Numbered from the stretch's first letter, positions 39,700 to 48,116 are shown. The stretch is DNA of 64,000 nt from Longimicrobiales bacterium (GCA_965248195.1 CBDFIQ010000002.1:1536001-1600000); one strand, 5' to 3'. Notes: generated by a model from the sequence alone, not told the origin. A program made the numbers and translations.

Positions 39700-39924
39700 T
39701 CGGTGAAATCGCCTTAAGGGCAATGACTGCGGATACGTGCTCGGGCGCTGCTCGTCGTTAAGGGCGCGATACTTCGAGTTTTGGAACGTGATCCAGAAAT
39801 CCGGTGTCCACGGTGTCTGAAGGAAGCTGCGGCAAGATCATGGTGATCTGCAAGGAGCCGAAGCCGACGCTGATGGAGCTGCTGATCAAGCGGGGGAGAT
39901 CGGGGAGGATAGCGGCTGGCTGGG

Positions 39925-40317
39925 CTACCTGTTGTCGTTTCCGCGTCTGCCGAGTGACGGGACATGGATGGCGATGGCGGTGGTCCTTCGGTCCGCCGAC
40001 GTGCCAAGAAGCGCTCGGGCAACTCGTGCCCCGGTACCCGCCTCTTCGGTGTCACCCCATATGATCGCGTTGGCCCCAAGCTTACCTGCCTCCTGGCGTA
40101 ACTTGTTTAGGAGGTCGCCCTCATCGGTCCAATCGGTGTTCCCCTTGGCATCCAGCATCGCTACGCGGGTGTGTTCAGGGATGCTGTCACCGGCCACGTA
40201 AACGAAGACATCCTCTTCGGCGATGGGACTTGCTTGGAATGATGTATCCAATACTGATTTGCCAACGGAAACGCAGGCGGCGGCCATGACAACAAATAAA
40301 AGCGCGGTCCTTCTCAT
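39925..40317 (-). CDS. Small lipoprotein (possibly YbjQ/DUF4156-like)
   Basis: GGAGG SD; MRRTALLFVVMAAA-C lipobox; LRQEAGKLGANAII motif. Confidence 0.8.
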   Translation of the reverse strand: MRRTALLFVVMAAACVSVGKSVLDTSFQASPIAEEDVFVYVAGDSIPEHTRVAMLDAKGNTDWTDEGDLLNKLRQEAGKLGANAIIWGDTEEAGTGARVARALLGTSADRRTTAIAIHVPSLGRRGNDNR

Positions 40318-40651
40318 GGTGCCTCCGTCTTGTTTTGCCGCCGGGGCAGAACGGCAGCGTATTACTTGCCCGGCTTCAAAGATTACCCGCACCTGCCAGT
40401 CATACAAGCAAAATATCCGTGCCACTCTGGCGCTCGATGATTGGCTTACTCAGCCTTCCGCGACAGTAGCAATCGCTTGTTCGGAATCAGGCGCACACTA
40501 CGCCAGCCGCTATCATTCCGCGGATCGGCGGCGGCGATTCTCGACCACCTACCCGATCGGGAAACCGACACCTACACGAACGAAGACTGCACCACTCTTC
40601 CCAGGTCGATTCGGAACCTGTCAACGACAATGGGACACTCTACGGGATTAA

Positions 40652-41659
40652 TTAGAGAGCAATATCCTGTGTGGTGAGGGAAGGGATGGGAGGATTGATG
40701 TAGACGGCCTCCGGGAGCGGTTTGGGCTTCGGCACACCTGTGACGAAGCGTTCGGGATGAGCGGCCCATGCTTCGCGGAGCACGGATTTCCTGCCGGCAA
40801 TGACCTGATCGGCGTTCCCGAAGTGGACCTGCTCGGGGGTTAGCATCGAGATACCGCCATGGCGGTGCTCGGCATTGTACCAGCGGAAGAACGATCGACA
40901 CAACGTCTTGGCCTGGCCCTGATCCCCGAACCGCCCGGGAAACGAGGGATGGTACTTCAAGGTTTTGAACTGAGCCTCGGAAAACGGGTTGTCATCCGAC
41001 ACCTGAGGCCGGCTCAACGAGCGAGTCACGCCGAGGTCAGCGAGAAGTTGAGCGGTGCATTGGCTCGTCATTGGAGCTCCCCGATCCGAGTGCAGGGTCA
41101 GGACCCGGGGCTGGACGCCATGCTTCAGGCAGCTCTGCTGGATCAACCGGCCGGCCAGGGCCGAGTTCTCCCGGTCCGCCACCATCCAGCCCACGACGTA
41201 GCGGCTGTAGATGTCCATGATGACGTAGAGGTAGTAATAGCTCCACTTCTTCGGCCCGAGTAGCCGCGTGATATCCCAGGACCACACCTGGTTCGGCGCC
41301 GTGGCCATCAACTCGGGCTTCTTGTACTCGGGATGGGTGCGCTGCGCCCGGCGTTCCTGAACCGGCACCTCGGAGGCCAGAACACGATACATCGTGCGTT
41401 CGCTGCACAGGTAGACCTCTTCGTCGAGCAGCGTGGCCACCACCTCGGCGGGTGAGCGGTCCACGAACCGCTCCGAACACAGCGTGTCGAAGACCTCGCC
41501 TCGTTCCGTCTCGCTCAATGCCCGGGCGGGCGTCGGGCGGGGCTGCCGTTGCCCGGTCGATGGGCCTCGACGACGGTAGAACGTCGATCGGGAGACCTCG
41601 AGAGCCGCGCACGCCGGTTTTACACCGACGTGCTTAGCCAGCTCATCGGCCGCCTTCAA
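40652..41659 (-). CDS. IS3-like transposase OrfB (rve core)
   Basis: VWSWDIT, DIYSRYVVGW, LHSDRG, DDNPFSEAQFKTLKY. Confidence 0.93.
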   Translation of the reverse strand: MKAADELAKHVGVKPACAALEVSRSTFYRRRGPSTGQRQPRPTPARALSETERGEVFDTLCSERFVDRSPAEVVATLLDEEVYLCSERTMYRVLASEVPVQERRAQRTHPEYKKPELMATAPNQVWSWDITRLLGPKKWSYYYLYVIMDIYSRYVVGWMVADRENSALAGRLIQQSCLKHGVQPRVLTLHSDRGAPMTSQCTAQLLADLGVTRSLSRPQVSDDNPFSEAQFKTLKYHPSFPGRFGDQGQAKTLCRSFFRWYNAEHRHGGISMLTPEQVHFGNADQVIAGRKSVLREAWAAHPERFVTGVPKPKPLPEAVYINPPIPSLTTQDIAL

Positions 41660-42105
41660 GAGTTCGTCCCGTCGTCGAGGCTTATCCCCAGCAGCCCCGC
41701 AACTTTTCCCTGCACGTCGATGATCAGGTGTGCCTTCCTGAGCTCATTCTCGAGCCGTGCGTTTTGCCGCTCCAGCTTGCGTACCTTCTCATCCAGCGGA
41801 TTCCGCTCCGGCTTGCGGCCGCGTTTCTTCGACAGGGCCTTCAGCGACCCGCTATGCGCCGCCTTGCGCCACGTCGTCAGGTGCGACGAGTACAGGCCCT
41901 CGCGCCGCAGGAGCTGACCCACCTCGCCGGGCTCGGTGCACCGGTCCGCTTCTTCGACGATCCGCAGCTTGTACGATGGACTGAACCGCCGGCGTAGCGG
42001 CCTATCTACTACCTCCGGGTCCGCAGGAGCTGCCGCGCTTCGCTTGGCCTCCCCGATTCCAGGGGCACTACCATTCTCTTCCATTCTCTCTCGCAGTCCC
42101 AACAT
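41656..42105 (-). CDS. IS3-like transposase OrfA
   Basis: RRRFSPSYKLRIVEEAD, LLRREGLYSSHLTTWR, coiled coil, IIDVQGKV. Confidence 0.9.
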   Translation of the reverse strand: MLGLRERMEENGSAPGIGEAKRSAAAPADPEVVDRPLRRRFSPSYKLRIVEEADRCTEPGEVGQLLRREGLYSSHLTTWRKAAHSGSLKALSKKRGRKPERNPLDEKVRKLERQNARLENELRKAHLIIDVQGKVAGLLGISLDDGTNS

Positions 42106-42397
42106 GTTCGTTTTCTCTGCCTTCGCCCTACTCTAATTCTTTGCGTGCTCCGTGTCTCACGTACGTTGGCAGAGAGGGATCAGCGAAGATCGTTGTAAGG
42201 CCAAGGCTGTATGACACATCCGCGACGGCGATGAGTCCACTAAACACTCGAACGTCGACCCCAAGGCCCGCTCTGCCGTCAAACTGCACAGCCCTTGGTG
42301 GGGCACAGGGAAATTCAGTCACGTCGGTACCCAGTGGCCGTTCCCCCTTTTGACGCTATAGGGGCTCTACTCGCCCCCGCTCAAGCCGCCCCCCTCT

Positions 42398-42437
42398 TTG
42401 GTGGGTTCGATTCCCACACGTTCCCGCCATCGGTGAA
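42398..42437 (+). repeat. att-like copy of the selC 3' end (T arm to trailer)
   Basis: 40 bp identical to 39668-39707, followed by about 21 more bases at 15/21 identity. Confidence 0.95.
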
Positions 42438-42583
42438 GTCGCTTGAAAGGCAACGATTTAGGGGCTCCGATGGACCTTGTGGTCGGCGATGGCGTAGCGG
42501 CGGTAGACGAGTTTGCGGAAATGAGTCGGGAAGAGCGGTATGATTATTGTTTCGGTTAACGCAACTCATTTCCAAAATACATA

Positions 42584-43822
42584 TTAATTGGCCACCAATG
42601 TGAGAGTAACCTGTGCATCGGGTGATGTAATATTTGGTGCACCGGATGAAAAGGAACCTCCTGTTGGGGCTGGATCAGTGCTCGTATCCTGGCATTCCAT
42701 GGTGGATGTGCCACCCAGACTCTGGGCTTCATCCATGGCAAAGATGGCCACATAAACATCCCAGGCCAAAGTTTGTGGTCTGGCCCATCCTAAAACACCG
42801 TTGGAATCCAAACCCAAGTAGCCACCGGCGCGGCTGCCACTTGTGTCTTCTGGAGACGTGGACGCATCGGCAGCTGAGGCTTGTGAAGGCACACTGCCGC
42901 CGCCGCAGGATTCACTGCCCACATTGCCGCTTTCTAAAAACAGGAATGTGGGTTGGTCATCGGCGACATAGTAGATGCGGATATCGACGGAAGATTCGTT
43001 ATTAGAAAAAATCGCTTCCTTTCGATACGTGAGTCCGGTTGCCGACCCGGAATAGTAATTAATTTTTCCCAAATCATTTAAGGAAACAAAGACGCGAATG
43101 CCTGCCTGTTGAACGGCCCATAAACCCACATCAAAAGTTGCTGTGCCGGTATTAACTTCCACGAAGAGGGCGTGGGTGAGATCACCGATAATGTTGATGT
43201 TGATGTTATCGCCCTCGCTGAATTCAACAGAGCTGGCCAAGAAAAAACTGCCACCAAAGGTGCCGTCTCCATCAGCCAGGGAATTCCTGAGGGGCACAAA
43301 CTCTGCGCCACCGGCCGGTTCCGTTGTGGATATTAAAGTTGATGAATTGGGATCTGTATAAATACCATTTGTGTCATCATCGATGAGAACTTGGGTTGTT
43401 TCCTCCGCGATGTAACCAATTTTATCGTAAGTGCCTGCTGGAACGTCGATGGAACAGGTATGCGCTTGGGAGAGGGAGGCGGTTGCAAAATCAAAAGTGA
43501 CTTCACAATCATCCACCGTGACCATCTGACCTCCGGAAGGGCCATCAAAGGTGATGGCTGTGAAAGTGACTTTCACTTGATTGGGTGTGACGACCCATTT
43601 GCCATCGCTTGCCGGGGCAGATTCGGGGACGGGAAAAATACCGGGTGATGCGGCCACAGGAGACGCGGTCACGGCTGACGTAGCTCCATTGAAGGCCACC
43701 AGATTGGCTGTGATGGGTTGGGGAGTTCCTGTGTCCACTCCCTGGATGCCGCCGGAACTTTCACCGCAGGCATAAAGCAATATTAAAGTCAATGTTGTTA
43801 GGATAGATCGTGTTGTTTTCAT
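42584..43822 (-). CDS. Uncharacterised 412-aa lipoprotein of foreign (AT-richer) composition
   Basis: MKTTRSILTTLTLILLYA-C lipobox; Ser/Thr/Gly/Asp-rich beta-type sequence, four further Cys; visibly lower GC than the flanks. Confidence 0.85.
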   Translation of the reverse strand: MKTTRSILTTLTLILLYACGESSGGIQGVDTGTPQPITANLVAFNGATSAVTASPVAASPGIFPVPESAPASDGKWVVTPNQVKVTFTAITFDGPSGGQMVTVDDCEVTFDFATASLSQAHTCSIDVPAGTYDKIGYIAEETTQVLIDDDTNGIYTDPNSSTLISTTEPAGGAEFVPLRNSLADGDGTFGGSFFLASSVEFSEGDNININIIGDLTHALFVEVNTGTATFDVGLWAVQQAGIRVFVSLNDLGKINYYSGSATGLTYRKEAIFSNNESSVDIRIYYVADDQPTFLFLESGNVGSESCGGGSVPSQASAADASTSPEDTSGSRAGGYLGLDSNGVLGWARPQTLAWDVYVAIFAMDEAQSLGGTSTMECQDTSTDPAPTGGSFSSGAPNITSPDAQVTLTLVAN

Positions 43823-44011
43823 TTTGTCCCCCCCCTTTAGTTAATTTGAGGTTGGGTGAATAGGTGTGTAAACATTTTCTTTCGCTCGTGCCTGAGGTCG
43901 TCGGCCAGGTAGGCCGTGGCGATGCCGCCTTCGCCTAGCTCACGCGAGGATCGCCGTAACCTGTTGCAGAAAAGCGGGATGGTGGACATGGGTGTTCAGC
44001 GGGCCTGACGC

Positions 44012-44680
44012 ATGAACGGTCTTCAAAACCAGCTCGCCCGGCTAAACCCCGGGTTGGTGGGTTCGATTCCCACACGTTCCCGCCATCGGGCTCCCGCCCT
44101 CGCACTTTCGATCACACTCGCGTGCGCTGCTCACGCTTCAGCCCTCGCGGCTCAGCAACCATTGGCTGGCGCTTCCCAGGATTCCGCCCAAGCCGTGGAG
44201 GCGCCAGCGAGCCCCGGGGGGCCCTCAGCCGCGGGTGCCCTCGTGAGATCGATGGTGGTTCCGGGCTGGGGTCAGGCGGTGGCTGGATCCCCTGGGCGCG
44301 GCACGTTTTACTTCGCGGTCCAATCCGTCGCCGTGTGGATGATCCTCAAGACCACCAAGACGCTCGGGAGCGCGAGCGACATCCTCGCCATGCGACGTCT
44401 CGAAGCATTCGCGCGGCTGAGTGCGGACCCGTCGGTCGATCCCGCCGGCCTCGCTGCGGCCGTCGACGCTGATTCAGGGGTGTCGAGCGCGGTCGAGCTT
44501 CAGCAAATCCGGCGGCAGCAAAGAGAGGATTGGATCGCGTTCGGCGTCTTCTTCCTGCTCCTCGGTGGTGCCGACGCGTTCGTGGCGGCGCATCTGGCGG
44601 ATTTCCCGGAACCGCTCGAGGTCGCCATCCGTCCGCTGCCGGACAGGGGCGTCGAGGTTGGATTCAGACTGGCCTTTTAG
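44012..44680 (+). CDS. Membrane protein (DUF5683-like); start lies within or just before the tRNA fragment
   Basis: ALVRSMVVPGWGQ motif, TM segments, GADAFVAAHLADF; signal-like RSRHRAPALALSITLACAAHASALA-AQQ. Start could be ATG 44012 or TTG/GTG 44054/44057. Confidence 0.75.
   Translation: MNGLQNQLARLNPGLVGSIPTRSRHRAPALALSITLACAAHASALAAQQPLAGASQDSAQAVEAPASPGGPSAAGALVRSMVVPGWGQAVAGSPGRGTFYFAVQSVAVWMILKTTKTLGSASDILAMRRLEAFARLSADPSVDPAGLAAAVDADSGVSSAVELQQIRRQQREDWIAFGVFFLLLGGADAFVAAHLADFPEPLEVAIRPLPDRGVEVGFRLAF
44018..44089 (+). repeat. att-like copy of selC from anticodon stem to 3' end (displaced native 3' half)
   Basis: 72 bp identical to 39632-39703; no tRNA 5' half upstream. Confidence 0.95.
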
Positions 44681-45414
44681 GGCTCCCATGTCTCGAGGGA
44701 AGGGGGCTCTCCTTCCCTGAGCACGAGGTAGCTCCGGTGGCTGATCCAATTCCCCAGATTTACGTAGAAGCGCCCTGGCCCGGCTTCATGCAGAAGCGGG
44801 ATGTGCGAGTGACCCAGGACGATGAGGTCGAGATCGCCCTCGGTCGCCAATTTCTCGACGGCCCATGCATACAATATCTTCGAGCGAGCCTGTTCCGCAT
44901 CATCTGGGCCCCCAGCCCGGGCTTCCGTCTGGGAGATGAGGGAGGCCAGAGCCGTGCCGATGTCCGGATGGAGCCAACGGAAGAGCCACCGAGCGCCTCG
45001 ACTGTGGAGCCCGGCCTTCAGGATCCGGTACGGGAGGTCGCCCCTGCCCAGGCCGTCGCCATGAGCGATGAGGGTTCGCATTCCCGCCAAATCCCTTACC
45101 ACCGGGCCTCGCTGGAACGTGAGCCCGATGTCTTCCGTCAAGAATTTGCCGCCCCACCAATCATGGTTCCCCCCCATGAGGGTCACGGGAAGACCCCCAT
45201 CGACGAGATCGGCGAGCGCTCCGAGGGTTCGCGTGTGTCCGCCTGGAATGACCGAGCCGTACTCGAACCAGAAGTCGAACAGATCGCCGTTGAGGATCAA
45301 TTCGGACGCACGGTGTGCGGTGTACTTCAGCCAGCGCACGAACATTCGCTCGGTCTCGGGAGTTACGGCCCCGAGGTGAACGTCGCTGGCCAAATGAATG
45401 GGTTTCTCTGACAT
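44677..45414 (-). CDS. lpxH: UDP-2,3-diacylglucosamine diphosphatase
   Basis: SDVHLG, GDLFDFWFE, GNHD, AHGDG, GHSH, NLGNW; start MSEKPIH. Confidence 0.85.
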   Translation of the reverse strand: MSEKPIHLASDVHLGAVTPETERMFVRWLKYTAHRASELILNGDLFDFWFEYGSVIPGGHTRTLGALADLVDGGLPVTLMGGNHDWWGGKFLTEDIGLTFQRGPVVRDLAGMRTLIAHGDGLGRGDLPYRILKAGLHSRGARWLFRWLHPDIGTALASLISQTEARAGGPDDAEQARSKILYAWAVEKLATEGDLDLIVLGHSHIPLLHEAGPGRFYVNLGNWISHRSYLVLREGEPPSLETWEP

Positions 45415-45502
45415 GGGGATCGGAAAGTAAACTGGGTGTATTACCCGGGGAAGGCGGCTTCTCTTTGGTGCGTTCAAGCGATCGGAGGCGTGGGGTAGCT
45501 CT

Positions 45503-46186
45503 ATGAGATTCCAGTCAGTTCTCCCGGCGCTCGGTCTCGTCTTCGCCAACACCGCGTGCGGCGGCGCATCACTGGGAAGTCCCGTTCCGATTCTGGATCC
45601 GGACCAAGCCGTTCTTCGGGCAAGCCGCGACAACCCGTTTCCCACTACCTCACAGGTCATCTTCCGGTGGAGTGTCAGAGAGCCGGACCTCCAGCTCGAG
45701 GGCAGGGGAGTCGTGCGCCTCCAGCATCCGGATCGTGCCCGTCTCGACCTGTTCACGGAGAACGGCGAGGCGGTTTTGGCGGCCAGCTTGGTCGAAGACC
45801 AGCTGAGGGCTCGCGCGGGAACGCGACTAGAGGTCGTGCCTTCCCCGGCTCTGCTGTGGGCCTCCCTCGGCGTGTTCCGGCCGGGTGAGGGTGTGACGTT
45901 GCTCGGCGCGGAAGCCTTCGACGACGATGTCTTCCGTTTACGGTACCGCCTTCCGGACGGCGACGAGCTACGATATGAGCTGCGTTCCGGCTGGGTAACG
46001 GAGGTGGAGTTGCGCCACGAGGGAAGTGCTACGCACCGGGTCGCTTTGACGCGGGAAGGCGGGGGGGAGTTGCCGAAAGAGGCCACCTACCGCAATCTGG
46101 CTTCATTCAGTGAACTCAAGGTGACGGTCGAGACCGTCGAAAGGGTGGATTCCCATCCGTCGGACATCTGGTACCCGGCTCCATAA
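45503..46186 (+). CDS. Uncharacterised lipoprotein (LolA/LolB/DUF4292-like fold suspected)
   Basis: Lipobox NTAC; GRGVVRLQHPDRARLDLFTENGEAV beta-sheet pattern. Confidence 0.65.
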   Translation: MRFQSVLPALGLVFANTACGGASLGSPVPILDPDQAVLRASRDNPFPTTSQVIFRWSVREPDLQLEGRGVVRLQHPDRARLDLFTENGEAVLAASLVEDQLRARAGTRLEVVPSPALLWASLGVFRPGEGVTLLGAEAFDDDVFRLRYRLPDGDELRYELRSGWVTEVELRHEGSATHRVALTREGGGELPKEATYRNLASFSELKVTVETVERVDSHPSDIWYPAP

Positions 46187-46187
46187 C

Positions 46188-46712
46188 TTGGCGCTCTGGC
46201 CGTTGGCGGTGCGCGCGGTCCTCGGCACCCTCACGTTCATTGCGGTGCTCGCCGCGGGTGGGTGCAACTACGGTTTCCGCTCGGGAAGTTTTCCGGACCA
46301 CATCCGAACCGTCGCCATCCTCCCCTTCGACAACGACACGAATCGTTTCGAGCTCACCCAAGAAATCCACGAGGAACTCTTGCGGACGCTGCCGCGTGCT
46401 CTTGGGGTCACCAACGCGGGAGAAGACGTAGCGGACGCCCTGGTCCAGGGACGGATCGTGCGTTACGACATGACGGCTCCTCTCTTTCGGCCGGGCCAAC
46501 AAGCGGGCCAGGTGGATGTGCTCCAGCGCCAGGTGAGCATCCGCGTCCAGGTGGAGCTGATCGACCTCGTCGAGAACTTGATCCTGTGGGATGATCTGGG
46601 CCTGAGCACCCAGGGCCAGTACCTGGAGGGCGAGTCCGAAGAGGTCGGCCGTGTGGAGGCCATCGAGCTTCTCGTGCAGCGCATCGTGGACGGAGCGCAG
46701 TCAAACTGGTAG
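46188..46712 (+). CDS. lptE: LptE-family LPS assembly lipoprotein
   Basis: Lipobox AGGC-NYGF, PDHIRTVAILPFDNDT, ADALVQGRI, C-terminal W. Confidence 0.8.
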   Translation: MALWPLAVRAVLGTLTFIAVLAAGGCNYGFRSGSFPDHIRTVAILPFDNDTNRFELTQEIHEELLRTLPRALGVTNAGEDVADALVQGRIVRYDMTAPLFRPGQQAGQVDVLQRQVSIRVQVELIDLVENLILWDDLGLSTQGQYLEGESEEVGRVEAIELLVQRIVDGAQSNW

Positions 46713-46784
46713 GCCACACGCGAAAACCCTGAGCTCAAAAAAACAGGCCCTCCGTCCGGGCTCTCGAGGAACCCCCTAGACCCC

Positions 46785-48116
46785 CTACAAGGGAGCCTCG
46801 AACCACTCCCAGAACACCACCATCAGCACGGTCGCGACCGCTAGGGTCACGAGCATCGCCGGCGTGCCCTTTTTGAACCACAGGCCCGGCGTGATCGCCA
46901 GGCTCGGATCGTTTTCCTCGCGCGCCAAGCGCTCGGAGATCGTGACGATGAACACGTTGGCCGTCGAACCGATGTGGGTGCCATTCCCGCCGAGCCCCAC
47001 GCCCATCGCGAGCCCCCACCATATTGGCGTCACGTTGATCCCCTGCGTCTCCATACCGAGGATGATCGGGATCATCGCCGCGGTGAACGGAATGTTGTCG
47101 ATCGCCGCCGATAGGAAGGCGGCGACCCACATCAGCACAACCGTGGCTACCAGCAGGTCATTTTGGGCGAAAGGCAGGATGAACTGACCTACGTAGACGA
47201 GAAACTCACTGTGCTCCACGCCGCCGACCACCATGAAGAGGCCGATGAAGAAGATCAGCAGTGGGACCTCGAGGTGCTCCACCGCGTGATCCATGAGCAG
47301 GTTCCGGGACGCGAAAACCAACGCGGTCATGCCAAGCGCTGCGACGAACCACGGCTCCCATCCCAAGCGCCCGTGGAGAATGAAGAGGACGACCATGGCG
47401 GCGAGGACGATCAGAGAGGCCTTCCACAGCCTCGGGTCCTTGATCTCCCCCTCTTCATGGAAGGTATCGGCCGGTTCTACAGCCAGCTCTTTCCGGAAGA
47501 GGAACTTGAGAAACAAGAGGACCGCGAGCCAAACCACGGCAACCGGCGGCCCCATGCGGATCACGAAGTCGTTGAACGAAATGTCCGCGGCCGAGCCGAT
47601 CATGAGGTTCGGGGGATCGCCCACGAGCGTGCCGATGCCACCCGTATCGGAAAGCAGTGCCGCCGCCAGGAGGTAAGGAATCGGATTGATCTTCTGCGCC
47701 TTGGCAATCAGGATGATCAGCGGCCCGAAGATCACGACGGTCGTCACGTTGTCGAGCAACAGCGAAAGTACGGTCACAGCCGTGCCGAGCAGCACCATCA
47801 TCAGATAGAGCCGTCCCTTGCTGAACGCAGCCAGCTTGAACGCCAGCCAACCGAAACCCCCGGTCGGGATCATGATCGAGACGATCGTCATCATCGCCGC
47901 GAGCAGGAAGATCACGTTCCAGTCCACCGCTTCGACCGCTTCCTCCGGTGTGTAGAAGCCGTAGATCTGGCCCACGATCACCATCACAAGGGAGCCCCCC
48001 GCGGCGACTTTCGACCGCTCCATTCCATGCAGTTGTTCAGTGAAGATGCCGATGAAGGTCACCGCCAGAACAATGCCCGAGGCGATCATCGCGTTCGTCA
48101 GTACTAGCTCTTCCAT
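46785..48116 (-). CDS. ArsB/NhaD (SLC13-like) ion transporter
   Basis: VDWNVIFLL, LDNVTTV, TLVGDPPNLMIGS, IDNIPF, GLGGNGTHIGSTAN. Confidence 0.92.
   Translation of the reverse strand: MEELVLTNAMIASGIVLAVTFIGIFTEQLHGMERSKVAAGGSLVMVIVGQIYGFYTPEEAVEAVDWNVIFLLAAMMTIVSIMIPTGGFGWLAFKLAAFSKGRLYLMMVLLGTAVTVLSLLLDNVTTVVIFGPLIILIAKAQKINPIPYLLAAALLSDTGGIGTLVGDPPNLMIGSAADISFNDFVIRMGPPVAVVWLAVLLFLKFLFRKELAVEPADTFHEEGEIKDPRLWKASLIVLAAMVVLFILHGRLGWEPWFVAALGMTALVFASRNLLMDHAVEHLEVPLLIFFIGLFMVVGGVEHSEFLVYVGQFILPFAQNDLLVATVVLMWVAAFLSAAIDNIPFTAAMIPIILGMETQGINVTPIWWGLAMGVGLGGNGTHIGSTANVFIVTISERLAREENDPSLAITPGLWFKKGTPAMLVTLAVATVLMVVFWEWFEAPL

Larger units (their letters stand above)
40612..42178 (-). mobile_element. 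IS3-family-like insertion sequence
   Basis: OrfA/OrfB pair; imperfect IR TGTCAACGACAATGGGACAC (40619-) versus TGCCAACGTACGTGAGACAC (reverse complement, -42171); outer ends inferred from in-frame rejoining of the interrupted gene. Confidence 0.85.
40549..42345 (-). pseudogene. 3' remnant of an outer-membrane beta-barrel protein gene, split by IS3
   Basis: Joining 42179 to 40611 gives ...QFDGRAGLGVDVRVFSGLIAVADVSYSLGLTTIFAD-NRPGKSGAVFVRVGVGFPIG-stop, with alternating beta-strand pattern; 5' part missing. Confidence 0.7.
39700..44089. mobile_element. Two tandem integrase-less islets integrated at selC
   Basis: Bounded by direct repeats of the selC 3' end: 39632-39703 = 44018-44089 (72 bp) and 39668-39707 = 42398-42437 (40 bp). 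Confidence 0.85.

Noticed and set aside
39704..39820. UGA after the tRNA-spanning ORF as a selenocysteine codon
   Set aside because: The read-through frame is short, resembles no selenoprotein I know, differs between copies 1 and 2, and shows no convincing SECIS.
39804..39900. GKIMVICKEPK resembling ribosomal protein L36
   Set aside because: It lacks the MKVR..CxxC start and HKQRQG end; probably chance or an unidentifiable fragment.
43985..44085. Second complete tRNA-Sec gene
   Set aside because: Upstream of 44018 there is no 5' acceptor strand matching ACGTTCCC and no Sec-type D arm; it is only the 3' fragment.
39632..44089. CRISPR array or classical integron
   Set aside because: The repeats are tRNA-derived, unequal in length and kilobases apart; no cas or intI gene and no clear attC core sites were seen.
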